64,000 nt of DNA, from NCBI RefSeq assembly GCF_036321535.1, contig NC_087454.1, forward strand, positions 3,100,001-3,164,000. The letters are read 5' to 3'. The translations under genes were made by a program, and so were the position numbers. The notes beneath the pieces are model-generated. The model was not told the origin of the DNA. It ran no database searches and saw only the letters and a program-made list of their open reading frames with translations. Each line of letters opens with the position of its first letter. The first letter of the stretch is position 1. This DNA comes from Camelus dromedarius (Eukaryota). Positions 38,248 to 50,563 of the stretch are shown piece after piece.

Positions 38248-38385
38248 TTTGTTTTTTTTTTAAATTGAAGTCTAGGTGATTCACAGTGTTGTAGGAGCAA
38301 ACTCACTGAGCAGTGGCGGGGGCTAGTTTCAGGCGTACCGCAAAGTGATTCAGTTACACATATGCATGTGTGTGTATATACATTC
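38248..38385 (-). mobile_element. Short L1 3' tail, antisense, with ~30-bp internal insertion
   Basis: ttaaattgaagtctaggtgattcacagtgttgt[insert]tagtttcaggcgtaccgcaaagtgattcagttacaca is homologous to the tails at 30580-30671 and 62869-63058. Confidence 0.8.
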
Positions 38386-40282
38386 TACAGAAAAACGAAA
38401 TCTAGGTCCCAGAAAGAAAAGGGGATGTTCCAGAGTGAGTTTTCTAAGGTGGGTGTCAAAGGTTTTATTGTTAATGGAATGCATCCCAGCTCAGACCGTG
38501 TTAAGGACCTCCGTGTTGCCGGCCTGTGGAATCTGATCACAGTATGTCCCCTCACACGGAAAGGTTCTTTTTGAAGGTCCCGCCTTTGGCTCGTGTGAAG
38601 GACACACTGACAGAAGTACCTACCACTAGGGCAAGTTTTCAGGCGGGAGATTGATCTCTGGGCATAGCTCGGAAAGTCGATCATCCAGTGACAAGTCTCT
38701 GAGGAAACAGTTCAAGAATTGTAGCTGGATAGTGGGGGATCAAGGACTAAGTCCGCGGTGGGAAGGGAAGCCATCAGAATTTATGTAGCCGTTCTGGCCT
38801 TTCCAGGCCTGCCTCTGGATGGGCGGGGTTGCCCTGGGCTGCGGGGGGTGGGGGGTGCTTTTACTCCTGCGTGGCTGTCATTGTGACTAACAGGAGACGG
38901 AAGCTTTGGTCGAATAACCAGTGCTAAACCCTAGCCCCGTCAGCTCTCTTGGCAGGTCTCTGTGGAGATCTATGAGATCCAGGGTGAAGGGCATGTTCAG
39001 GGTGACGAAGCCCCCCCTTCAGAAAAGCCTACCCGTGTATTTAAGCAGCTACTTAATGCAAACCATTTTACTAGCTTCCCTGGAATGAAGACGACCTTCA
39101 TCAGGAAGCTGGCAGTTACGAGCAGAGAGCGTACAGACAGAGAGGGAACTTCCTGATGCTTTGAAATGCTTTGAGCAGAGCCCCTGAGTTACTGTGTGAG
39201 TGTGAATGTGGGGAAACGTGCATTGACCGTAAGCTGGAAGTGACAAAACCCACGGGCTTGAGCTCCTTTGTCCGTGTGCTCTTGCTGAAATGGTGTTTGT
39301 TTTTTAAGCAGAGCTAATGATACCAGTCTGACATCCGCTATAGGGTCACTGTGAGGATCAGAATCAAGATAATGCAGGTGAAGTGCCTTCTAACTGGTGA
39401 AGTTGTGGAGAAGACCTGGATGTTAACTGCTGGGTTGTTTCAGCATCTCGTCACAGTTATGCTGGGACAGTGTCAGTTCACTGAGTCACGGCGTTCCTAG
39501 AGATCAGCCTCTGTTGACTGGGGAGAAAAAGTACACTAAATAAATCAATAATTTTTTTTTCCATATGTAGTAAAGTTTTAATTTGACCCTTGGCTTTGCA
39601 CAAAGCAGCCTGTGAGAGGAGACCTCAGGGTGCAGGGGCTGTTTCTGTTTCAACAGTTGGGTCACGGGGGGAGAAAATTAACCAGGACGAGGGAGATGGA
39701 GGCAGAAGCCCAGGCCCCAGGGAGCAGGCTCGGGGGGCACCGGTGAGGTAGGTGAGGGGCAGAGTGTTCATCCTTTTCCCCTGTTATTTCTCTGTTTGTG
39801 TTCCAAGCTCTCCTTCCTGAGAAGTCTTTTCAGAAATGGCATCTCTAATATCACCTCATAATACAGTAGATAAAATCTCTCACAGATAGAATGTGAAAGT
39901 CACTGCCTGTATTAACAACTTCATTTTACAGCATGAAATTCATCCTGATACAACCCATTGAAATAGAGCCGGTGAATTAAAAAGTGGAAAAAGCGCGAAA
40001 CCTTGCCCTCCCGCCCCTCGGTCCTTTCCTCGCGATGCCCGAGCCCTTGTCCCAGCCGGACACTGTTCCAGCCCCTCCAGGCGTGTTAGCCATGGGAACT
40101 GGCCCACATCCTGGCCCCTTGGCTCCTTCCCCAGCAGCAGAGTCTGACAGTAAACAGTAAAAAAAATACATAAATATGAAAAGTTACGGTGTCTCAGAAG
40201 GTGACACTGTCAGAAGACAACGGGGCAGAGTGGATTGGGAGTGTAGCTGGTGGAGACTCTCAGAGTTTTAAAGTGGATTGTA

Positions 40283-40410
40283 GGGGTGGGGAGGGTACAG
40301 CCCAGTGATAGAGCGTGTGCTTAGCGTGCACAAGGTCCTGGGTTCAATCCCCAGTCCCTCCATTAAAACAAATAAATAAACCTAATTACCACTCCATCCC
40401 CCCCCCAATA
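40283..40410 (+). mobile_element. Camelid tRNA-Ala-derived SINE (vic-1 type)
   Basis: ggggagggtacagcccagtgatagagcgtgtgcttagcgtgcacaaggtcctgggttcaatccccagt..aaataaacctaattacc. Confidence 0.9.
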
Positions 40411-41860
40411 AAGCAGATGTCAGGGAGGCCTCCTTGAGAAGGTGATTTTGAGCAGAGAGCTGAACGCAGGTGGAGGGGAGGCCACGCCTTCTTTGCCCTC
40501 CCCGCCTTCTAGCATTCCCTGACAGAAGTACAGCCCTGTAAAGGAGCCTTTTCGCTGTGACTCGGGGTCATTGCACACTTGAGATGCGGGCGTGTGGCCT
40601 CACCTTCTTTGGCCCAGCCCCAGTCCCGGCTTGCTCGTGTGGAGACCTGTTTCATGGTCAGCAGCTGCCCGTTCTCAGCCTTTTCCCAGGTCTTGTGAAG
40701 TGGCCTTTTGTGCACGGCCCGGTGAGTTTTCTAAGGACTTCAGGATGGAGGTTTGAAAAGTGTCTCCCTGCCCCAGTGCCTTCCACAGACAGCACGGGTG
40801 CCCTGTGCCCTCAAAGGCGCCATCTGTCCCCAGTGCTCACTGCTCCCCGGCAACCCGTGTCCACCCACGTGCAGGCCCCCACTGTCCCTCTGAGCGGCCC
40901 TGTGCCCGCGGGGCCTCCAGCGCTGCAGACCAGGGCTGCACGCAGAGCGCTGTGGCCTCTCCCTGGCGGGCGCTGCTCTCTGTGGCCGCGGGGCAGAGCC
41001 GGGAGGACCACGTCCTGTCGGAGGGGCGGCTTGTGCGCTGAGATGGTTTCAGGCTCCAAGATCAACTTAGTTTCTCTACTTTCATTCTCCTGATTTCTTG
41101 CTGTCCTTTTTCCTGTCGCCATCCCCTCCCCCACCTTCCCCCTCCCTCTCCCCCTCCCCCGCCTCTTCTTTTCATGCTTCCCCATCTCTGGACTCTTACC
41201 GCACATTATTTTGCTTTTACATATAGGCTGGCCTTCTTAGAAAGATTTTTCAGCCACAATAACAAAAACAAATCTTTTTCATGCATGAGATGCTCAATCC
41301 AGTACAAAATTACATTAATCCAGATACCGACTTGCTCGCATCTTGAATGTGCTTATTTACCTGTGGATGTTTCTTTACAGTCAGTTTTCTGCTCCAGGGA
41401 TTCTCGCTTACTGGAACCCTCCAGTATTGGAATAGAGAAAAAAATACAGCCTTAAAACCCTGTCAGCCCATGAGCACCCGGCAACAAATTGCAGCCGAGG
41501 ACTGCCAAAGACCTGGAAATTAGACCTGCCTGGGCTGACAATACCTTTAAGTGTCTAGTTATTTATGGCTCACTTTCCTCCATAAAGAATTTGAAGTGCT
41601 GAATAAAAGTACATACAAGAGGATAAAATAAGTAGTTGAGATAATCAGGACAAAGAGGATATAAGGATAAGAAAATAAAACTCGGACAAGAGTCACACAG
41701 AGAAATGTACCCTGGTAGAGGTGACCTATGGATGGCTCTAAGCTTCCACGAGGTCAGAGTCAGGAGTGAATTAGGATCAATCATGTTAAGTCAGGGTATC
41801 CTTAAAATGAAAGCAGTCCAGTTGTTTAGGAGAAGGAAGTTTTTTCTGTTCCCATGTTCT

Positions 41861-41901
41861 TAGATCTGAGATCAGTTTATTTCCTGAAGACTCATAGGAA
41901 A
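41861..41901 (+). repeat. Arm 1 of a perfect 41-bp inverted repeat
   Basis: TAGATCTGAGATCAGTTTATTTCCTGAAGACTCATAGGAAA is the exact reverse complement of 43638-43678. Confidence 0.95.
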
Positions 41902-42317
41902 AACTAAGTAATGTATTGATCAGCATCCTTGGCAAGGAGTTCCTGGCATCTTAAGAATGTAATAGGCTGATAACCCAACACAGGGTGCAGTTCAGAAGAA
42001 GTAATTCTAGATGGTACCAAAATGAGGTGTTGGGACAGCTCAGCAAAGAGATGCCCTTTCTTGTGGCCCTCCGTGGTAGTCGGCCATCACAAGCAGGCTT
42101 TTCGATAAGCATGATGGTGAGAAACAGAGGCTGTGGGCGGTGGCAGGGAGCTGGAGACCAGCCTAGTCCTTATGCTTCTACACACAAGGTGGTTGGGATT
42201 TCAGGTGCTGATGGGACGGCCCCCTCGCTGGCCTGAGCATGGGGTCCCCCCCAGGCCTGTCTTCACGGACAGCCAGGTGGGACTGGGGACCCCCGAGTCA
42301 CACACACCACGGGCTTC

Positions 42318-42880
42318 TGTATATTGTGATCTTCCTAAATTCACATATATATTGGTTACCTTTGAAATACATTTCTGAAGAATTTTTATGTAGACAATCA
42401 TGCCATCTCCAAATAAAGGCAGTTTTACTCTCTCGTTTCCATTCTATTAAGCTGGTTTTGTTTTTCCTTTACCTTTTCCCCCTAGCTAGGAGGTCAGGTT
42501 AATAGAGACAGAAATAGAACTGCTGAGAACAGATATCCTTGTCTTCAACGTGACCCTGAGGGCCAAGCAACCAGCCTTTCACCACTGAGTGTAACATTAG
42601 CTGTTGGTTTCTTATTGTGTCTTTTATCAGATTGGAGAAGTTCCCTGTGTTCCTCGTATGCTGAGAGTCTTTATAATAAATGGATGCTCAATTTTGCCAG
42701 TTGCTTTTTCTGCATCTATTAAGATGGTCATGTTTTCTTTTTTAATCTGTTTATTGAATAAATCACACTGATGGATATTCATATGTTGAGCTAACCTTGC
42801 ATTCCTGGGATAAATCCAGTCATGATGTAATGTCCTTTCACGGATTGCTGGATTCCGTTTGTTAATATTTTGTTACCATT
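42318..42880 (-). mobile_element. L1M ORF2 fragment, antisense
   Basis: tttttatgtagacaatcatgccatc..atgttgagctaaccttgcattcctgggataaatcc. Confidence 0.8.
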
Positions 42881-42919
42881 TGTTTTTCTCTGTTCAGGAT
42901 GCACATGGAATCCTCTTGA

Positions 42920-43265
42920 ATCTGCCTCACTCATGTGCCTGCTGAGGGGACCAGGGTGACGAGAAAGCTGGGTTCACCTAGGACTGTCCTTGGAGTGCGT
43001 CCACATGGCCTCTCCATGTTACTGTGTCTCAGAGCTCAGCAGCTGGGTTCCAGGAGGGAACATTCTGGAGGGAGAATCAGAAGAGAGTGTCTGGAGAATG
43101 AGCATCCCAGAACCCAGGGGTTGCCATGTGGCCTTTTTCTAATGCAGCCTCGGAATTCACAGAGCATCACCTCCCCCAGACGCTAGTGCTCACAGCAGTC
43201 ACAGCCCGCTGAGATTCAAGGGAAGCATATTCAGGAATTTGTGGTTGTTTTTTGAAACCCACACA
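42920..43265 (-). mobile_element. Old MLT1 (J/K-like) LTR
   Basis: gcagctgggttccagg..cagcagtcacagcccgctgagattcaaggg..gaatttgtggttgttttttgaaacc. Confidence 0.6.
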
Positions 43266-43599
43266 GTTAATGACACTGATTTTCCGGGCTTAGAAATGCA
43301 TTGGCTCTCACAGAAAGAGAGAGACCGACGCAGGCTGTGAGGGGGACGTAGAGGTCTGTTTTCACTGACCATGTGATTTTCCTGAAAGTCTGGTACTAGG
43401 GTGACAAAACAGGAGCACTTTGTTCTTATAACCTCTCAAAATAAATGGAAAAGAAAGGACTGTGTTTTATCCAGCCATGAAACTTTTTTATCTGCAGTAT
43501 TTCTTTTCACCTCTTTACGTAAAAGGCGTGTGATGTAAAGTCTCCCCGTTGTCTTCCATTTCCCCAGTTCTCTCCCACCCACCCCCCGAAAAGACAGAC

Positions 43600-44200
43600 A
43601 GCTGCTGCTTTTAGTTTCTGAAATCTGTCTTTGAATCTTTCCTATGAGTCTTCAGGAAATAAACTGATCTCAGATCTATTTAAGCAAACAATAACTCTCC
43701 AATTTAAGGGCATAGCAGTGTTTACTTAACCAGCTACCTATTCATGGACATTTGGGTTGTTTACAGTCTTTTATTTTGTCTTAAGCAATGCTCCAGTAAA
43801 TAGCCTTAGACATTCGTAATTTCCCCTAAGTAGGAAGCATCGTCGTAGCTGCAGCAGCAGGCTGGCGTGGGCGCTGGAACTCCGCGAGCAGGGCTGTGGG
43901 CGCCCCCTCAGGCCCCTGGGTTACCGGCCCTCACGTGCTCCCGCCTGGCGGGAAGGGAGGGCTGGGCTCCCCTCAGCTTTGCTTTCACGTGTGCAGTGAA
44001 ACGTTTTCATTTTTACCAATCCGATAAGTAAAAAATGGTACCTGGGTGCATTTTTATCTTGCGTTTTTCTTAAGTTAGCTTTTCGTTTGCTTAAGGACCG
44101 TTTTCTTTCCTTTTCGGTGAATGTCTTCCTATTCCTCACCCATTGGAAAAATTAGATTGTTGCTCTTTTTCTTACCTAGTTTTAGGGACTCTGGGTTTTT
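43600..44200 (-). mobile_element. L1ME-like 3' fragment, antisense
   Basis: ttaaccagctacctattcatggacatttgggttgtttacag..ccaatccgataagtaaaaaatggtacct. Confidence 0.7.
43638..43678 (-). repeat. Arm 2 of a perfect 41-bp inverted repeat
   Basis: TTTCCTATGAGTCTTCAGGAAATAAACTGATCTCAGATCTA. Confidence 0.95.
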
Positions 44201-45658
44201 CTTGTTTTGCTTTAGGGAAGTTTCAGGGAATGAGGAAGAAAGTGAGGGCTGTGGATGAAAGTAGTAAAAGCTAAGACGCTAAAAATTGCTGGATGTGAAA
44301 TAAAGTCAAAAACCCCAAATCTACTGCTCGTTCAGTTATAGGTACTGGGCTCTCGTGCTTGGTTTAATCTAAAAATTTCATAATAAAGGCCTAAAAGATT
44401 TAATAATTAAGGAAGAGCCTAACTCACAAAGCAACATTAACATTCTCACCTATTTTTACTGTTTTTTTATTTGAAAAGATGTTTCAGAAACATGTTTTAA
44501 AACTGTTATCATTATAATCTTTGAAGATCAGATTTTGTTTTTATTTTTTTACATTACCATCCTCATTTATACCTATTTTAAATAGTGTCATAGTACATAC
44601 TCATTTTATCATAACTATCTTTCATAATTTCTTTTAGGCTGTCACTGAATAGACATTTATTTGTAGAATTATTATTTTTAATGACTATATTAAAATGTAC
44701 CATAGTTTTTAAGGCCTTCCCTAATTTGGGGTATTTAGGTTATTTTCATGTTTTTGCTCTTATAAGGAATACAGCTTTGAGTTCCTTCCTTCATTTATCT
44801 TTTTTCTTCTGTCAAATTATTTCCTTAGGCTAAATTCCTGACTGGAATTACAGGGATAAAGAGCTGGAGCGTGTTAACGGAGCTTCGCATGTATTGCCGT
44901 GCTGTTTTCCCAATTGCTACAAGAACATACAGTGTGACCAGGGATCACTGAGGGTCCTGGGTCCCCATGACACCGGCGGTGCGGGAACCACATCGCCAGG
45001 ACTGGACAGTGTCATTTAAAGAAAAATTATTCTTTTAGTCCGCAAAAAACAGTCTATCACACTTACATTAATTTTCATATTCTTAATTAGTCATCAGCCC
45101 TCTCTTCTATGGTTTTCAAGCATCGGGATGAATTCCTCTAAATAGCTAGCCTACCCTTCCGTGCTCCCCTGGGCTGCTGGTCACGTGGTCAGCGCTGCGC
45201 ACAGCCCCTCACGGCCCATGGTCTGTGGCTCAGTGCCCCCTCCGTCCTCCTCATGAGTTCCTCTCACTCAGGACCCCAGTGCCCTCCGCATGAGCCCAGT
45301 GCCGCGCTTTCCTCCCGTGGGTCTTCCCTCCCACCATTGCGCCGTCCCCTCCCCCTGCCTTTTCCTGTTTGTGATCTCATTTTGAATGCTTTTTATCCAT
45401 TCATCTTTTCACCAGATCATTCGATGAGGGTCCTGCTTCTTCGTGGCTTCCATTGTTACACATTTGTCCTCGGGGTTTCATTTATAAATGATGGTGGTGG
45501 CAGCCCCTGGCCAGAGTCAGCGCCACTCCGTTGTGTCTCACCTGCCCCTAGCCTGCCCCATCCGTGTTTCTAGAATCCACTCCCAAACCCGCCTCCACGC
45601 ACTTGCCTCCAAGACGTCTGTCTGGAACTCCCTCTCACTTCTCTCCACATTTTGGATC

Positions 45659-46100
45659 AGGATTAGTTTCCTTTGCTGGGTAACAGACAAACCTCATACT
45701 TAGTGGCTTAAAACCACACACATTTATTATGTTACGATCTCCCCACATCTCTGGCACAGATGGGCTGGGTCCCCTGCTGCCCAGGGTCTCAGCAGATTGA
45801 AATCCAGGTGTCCCTGGGCTGCATTCTCATCTGGAGCTCGGGGTCCTGTCTTCCCTCCTTCAGGCAATTGGGAGAATCTGTTTGCTATGGGAGTGAGCTA
45901 GCCATTTTCTTGCTGCCGGCCAAGCCCTCCCTCGGCCCCGGAGGCCCCCTCCGGTCCTGGCCATGCCCTGGGCCTCCTCACTGTCCATCAGCTCACCTCT
46001 CCTGAGCCGGCAGGAGGATCTCTCGAGTTTGCTGGGGCGGACCCGTGTAAAGCAGCCTTACCACACCAGGGAGGCTGCTCCAGACCTGCCCGCTCACAGG
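45659..46100 (-). mobile_element. MLT1-type LTR
   Basis: gggtaacagacaaacctcatacttagtggcttaaaaccacacacatttattatg..cattctcatctggagctcgggg. Confidence 0.65.
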
Positions 46101-46688
46101 GGGGCCGCCGGGCGCGTGCGCTGGTTGCTCACAGGGGGCCCACCAGGTGTGTGCGCCGGGCGGCATCTCGGCCTGCCGGGTCCTGCTCATCCTGTGGCCT
46201 CCAATTCAAATGATGCTCTTTCCTGAGCTCTTTTCCCTGTAATGGCTCCCTTGCCTTCTTTGTCCTGTAGTTTCCATCTTCTATCTCCCTCTGCTTCCTG
46301 TAAACACACCCGGGAGCCCATGGCGTCGCTCTGGTCTGAACCACACACTGGCCTCGGAGGGGGTGCGACCAGGCGTGCGTTTCGCCTGCGCGGGCTTGCT
46401 CCCTGGTGCTACCGGGGTGGCTCTTACTAAGAGTAAGAGTTGTGTTCTAATGGAATCGAGGGCTCCCAGAGGCCTGACACACACTTTCTGAATATTGACA
46501 GTCCATGTTTTAAGCAAACCTGCCCATGTAGGAAGCCCCTGGGGGACAGAGACTCTCCCTTCTGTCCTCTGTAACCTGGACCTAGTGGGCTCAGTGTTTG
46601 AAGAAGGGCAAGCAAGGATTATGGGAAATAGTACCTCAGAGGCAGGAGCCTGGGCTCAGTGAGCCCAGGAGTTAATCAGAAATGACAG

Positions 46689-46806
46689 GCGGGGAAGGGA
46701 ACAGCTCAGTGGTAGAGCACCTGCTTAGCACGCACAAGGTCCTGGGTTCAGTCCCCAGCCCCTCCATTAAATAAATAAATAACCCTGATTACCCCCTCCC
46801 CCAAAA
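46689..46806 (+). mobile_element. Camelid tRNA-Ala-derived SINE (vic-1 type), ~230 nt upstream of the exon
   Basis: ggggaagggaacagctcagtggtagagcacctgcttagcacgcacaaggtcctgggttcagtccccag..taaataaataaccctgattacc. Confidence 0.9.
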
Positions 46807-47010
46807 TGATAAGAGAAATGAAAGACAATACTGGAGAAGTGTGACTCCAGACCGCCCCAGGGCCGGAAGCAAGGAATGTGAGACTGGGGTCCCCAGGATG
46901 CCTCCCTGCCCCTCCCCTGCGCCTTGCCTCCGGTGGACCCTCACTCACAGCGCTGGTTGGGTGTCGGGGCGGGGTGGGGGAAGGTGCCCGAAGCGCCTCG
47001 TGCTTTCTAA

Positions 47011-47247
<237 letters not shown>

Positions 47248-47449
47248 TGAAAAGATAATTACTGCACTGAAAGGTAATGTGACTTTGAAAAGAGGCTTAA
47301 CGAGAGATTCATAAACCCCAGAGGAGATCGTAAACCTTCAGGAATTACATGCGGAGAAAAGGGATTTATCAGGCCTGTTAGTCCAAGCAGAGAACCAACC
47401 TTGGGCTTTGTTCACGGCCATTTTATCATGAAATACTCATCTTTTCACT

Positions 47450-49000
47450 GATGAGACTTTCACAGTTTCGTTTTTCTCATTTAATATAAACACATTGGCT
47501 TTCTTATGATGACTGTTTTTCAAATATATATTTTTTTCATCATTTCATTTTCACTCTATATCTTTATATCAAAAGTGTGTCTCTTATAAACAGGGTCTTT
47601 TTGTAAACCCAGATGTAATTGGAGTGTTGAACACATCTTACATTTAATGTAATTACATGGGATATTCTTGGGTTTCATTTTATCATCTCTTTAGTTCTTA
47701 CCTGTTCTCTCCTTTTAAAAATGCATTTGGAAATTGAGGTTTTGTGGGGTTTTTGGTTTTTTTGTTTTTTTTAACTCCGCTTTATTAGCCCTGTTGCTAT
47801 TTGGTTTCACAATCTTTGTATGATTTTAAGTGGTTCTTCTAGATCACAGTGTGCGTAGTTAGTTCATCACCCTTTACCATGAGTAACTACTACGACTTCA
47901 TGAGACATTTGAAGACCTTGCAGTGGTGTGATTCTGTTTCCTGCTCCTGTTTCTTGTATCATTATGGTCGTGTTTTACTTCTCTCTGTGTTATAATCCCG
48001 CAGAAATTGTTCTTTCTCTTTGCTTCAAATAGCCGATTGTCTTTTAAAGAAATTTAAAACTATGTTGTTTTTTATTTCCCTCAGTATTTACCCCAGTGAT
48101 TACCGTTCCCTTCTGCCCGTCTTGAGTTTTCCATGTGACCATCTCCCTGACGTCTGAAGAACCTCCTTTACTCTTTGTTACAGCGCAGCATGAATCTTCC
48201 CAGCCTTTGTTTGTCTGGAAATGCCTTTGTTTCACCATTATTTTTTAGGAATATTTTCCATGGATATCGGTGTCTAGGTTGCCAGTGTTTGTTCGGTTTT
48301 TTTTTTTTTTTTTCTTCTTGAAATGTGTCATTTAATTTATCTTTTTACTCTGGTTTTTAGCAGGTTGGCTATGTATGATTTTCTGTGTGATTTATCCTGG
48401 TTGGGGTCGCACGGTGCTGGATTAGTGTCTTTTTGACTGTCTTGCAAATGCTCATCATATCTCTTCCAACAGTTCGACTCCCTTCCTCCTTTGCTTTGCA
48501 GACTGCGACTGCATGTAGGTCAACCATTTGGAAGTATGCCGTAAACTCTGGTGCCCAGCGTTTGTTTTTTATTATTGATTTTATTTTTCACTCTGTGCTT
48601 TATTTTGGGTAGTTTTCGTTGTCTTATCTTTGGGTTTACCAGTCTTTTCTATTGTGTCCGGTTAACCACTAAGCCCCTCAGTGAGTTAACCATTCCAGAT
48701 CCTGTGCTCGTCTGTTCTACAGATTTCTATCTGCTTCCTTCGTAGAGTTTTTATTACTCTGATGAAATTCTGCATCTTCCCACCCATCTTGTTTCCCTTC
48801 AATTCTTTAGCATGTTCACAATCATGATTTTTAAGTCCTGGTCTGTTATTTCCAGCGTTTATTTCCCTGCTCTTCTCCTGTTAGTCTCCCCTTTCTTCTT
48901 AGTTACAGGTCACCTTTCTCCTGCTGCTTCTCTTGTCTTACTTTTTGAGTTGTGTTTAAAAGAACACAGGAGCGGAAGTGAGCGATGCATCCTCAGGAAG
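47450..49000 (-). mobile_element. Old L1M fragment(s), antisense
   Basis: T-rich sequence with gtgtctcttataaacag, ttacatttaatgtaatt, gtttgtctggaaatgcctttgtttcacc. Confidence 0.6.
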
Positions 49001-50182
49001 CCTTCCCCTTTCCCCGGTCAGGTGGCGAAGGTGATGCGGCCAGCTTTCTCTGTTGTAACCAGGAGTGGGGACCGGATGCCTTGCTGGTGAGACCCGGCCG
49101 TGCGGCAGAGCTGGGGTCTGCGAGTGCGGCCGCGAGAGCTCTCTCTGCTTTCCACCCGGTTGCCGGTTTCTTCCACCACTAGCGCTTGCTAAGCAAAGCT
49201 GTCCTGAAGGCGAATTGGCTGGCAGTGAGGGCAGGCTGTCCCCGCGTTTTCCAGTCTGCCACACCAGCCAGACTTGGCGATAAAAATTTGGCTCATTTCT
49301 CCTAATTCCAGCAGAATTTCTTCCTTAACAGCAGGCAGGCCTTCTGCCCACCCTGCCGAGGGGTGGGGGCAGCCTCTGGGGTCTGCTGCCCACCGGGCCC
49401 CCCTCTCTCCAGGATTTCTTTCCTGCCCACGGGCATCCAGGTCTCTCCAGTATCTTTCATGGCAGGAGAGTTCTAAATTTATTGTTTTCTTATTGTTACA
49501 GTGGGATCGATGGGTTTTTTGTGACATTTTGTGTTCTAACCAAAAGTGATACCTCCTGTCATTTATTTAATTTTCTGGTTTCCATCTTTAATGGCCTTAA
49601 AAAATCCTATTCAAAAGAAATAAGCAATTAATTTTTATTCTAGCACCAGGTCCTTCTAGGTTGATTTGGAATAAAGCACCATCTAAATGATCAAAAGGAT
49701 TGGCTATGGATCTAAGTCTTTCTCATTCACTTTTTCATCTATTCGGTCGCTTATTAAATTGGCAGACGTGGATGGAACACTAACCGGCATTGTACAGAGC
49801 AGTGGGCTTGACACCGCGGAGGGGCGAGCACAGGTGAATGACACTGTTGCTACCGCAAGTTAGTGGCTTAAGTCCAGTTTTAAGTGTGCTCACAACTGTC
49901 TTCTCTTAGGAGACAGAGATACCCGGAGTAGACTATGGCCCTCTTGTATTAAACATCATTTAAAAACATCTTTCCTGCCGTCAAAGCGTAAAACCAGCAT
50001 CTGCATACCTGCACTGTTACATAACTACGTGGTTGCCTTGTGTAACAAACTTAGGAACTTCAGGTCGGTAGTTAGGGTTTGATGGCTGGAAAAGCACATG
50101 TCTGTAAACTGCTTTGTAGAGGATAGATCACAGAGCTGTTTCCTAATTATTCACTTATAATTAGAACCTATCGATCAGGTTC

Positions 50183-50563
50183 TGCGTGAGTTTCCTATTG
50201 CCCGTGTAACAAAGTGCCACAGACCTGGCAGCTGAAAACAGTATGTCTTTATTACTTTACGGTCCTGGGGGTCAGAAATTCACGGTCAGTCTGGGGGCTG
50301 GCGCTCAGGGGGCCACAGGGCTGGCCCCTCGGGAGGCCCCGGGGAGAACCCCTCTCCTGCCCTTGTGAGTTTGCCTGTGTGTCACATTGTCTTCTCCCTG
50401 AATCTTCGTCCCCTTCTTACAAGGGCCTTTGCGACAAGATAATCTCCATACATCAAGGTCTTTTTGTAATCATATCTGTCAAGTTTTTTTGGATGTAAGG
50501 TAGCGTGTTTGCGAGTCCCAGTGTCTAGGACGTGGACATCTTTGAGGGTCAGTATTCAGCCTT
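50183..50563 (-). mobile_element. MLT1C-like MaLR solo LTR
   Basis: tgagtttcctattgcccgtgtaacaaagtgccacagacctgg..aagataatctcc..ctaggacgtggacatctttgagggtcagtattcagcc. Confidence 0.8.
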
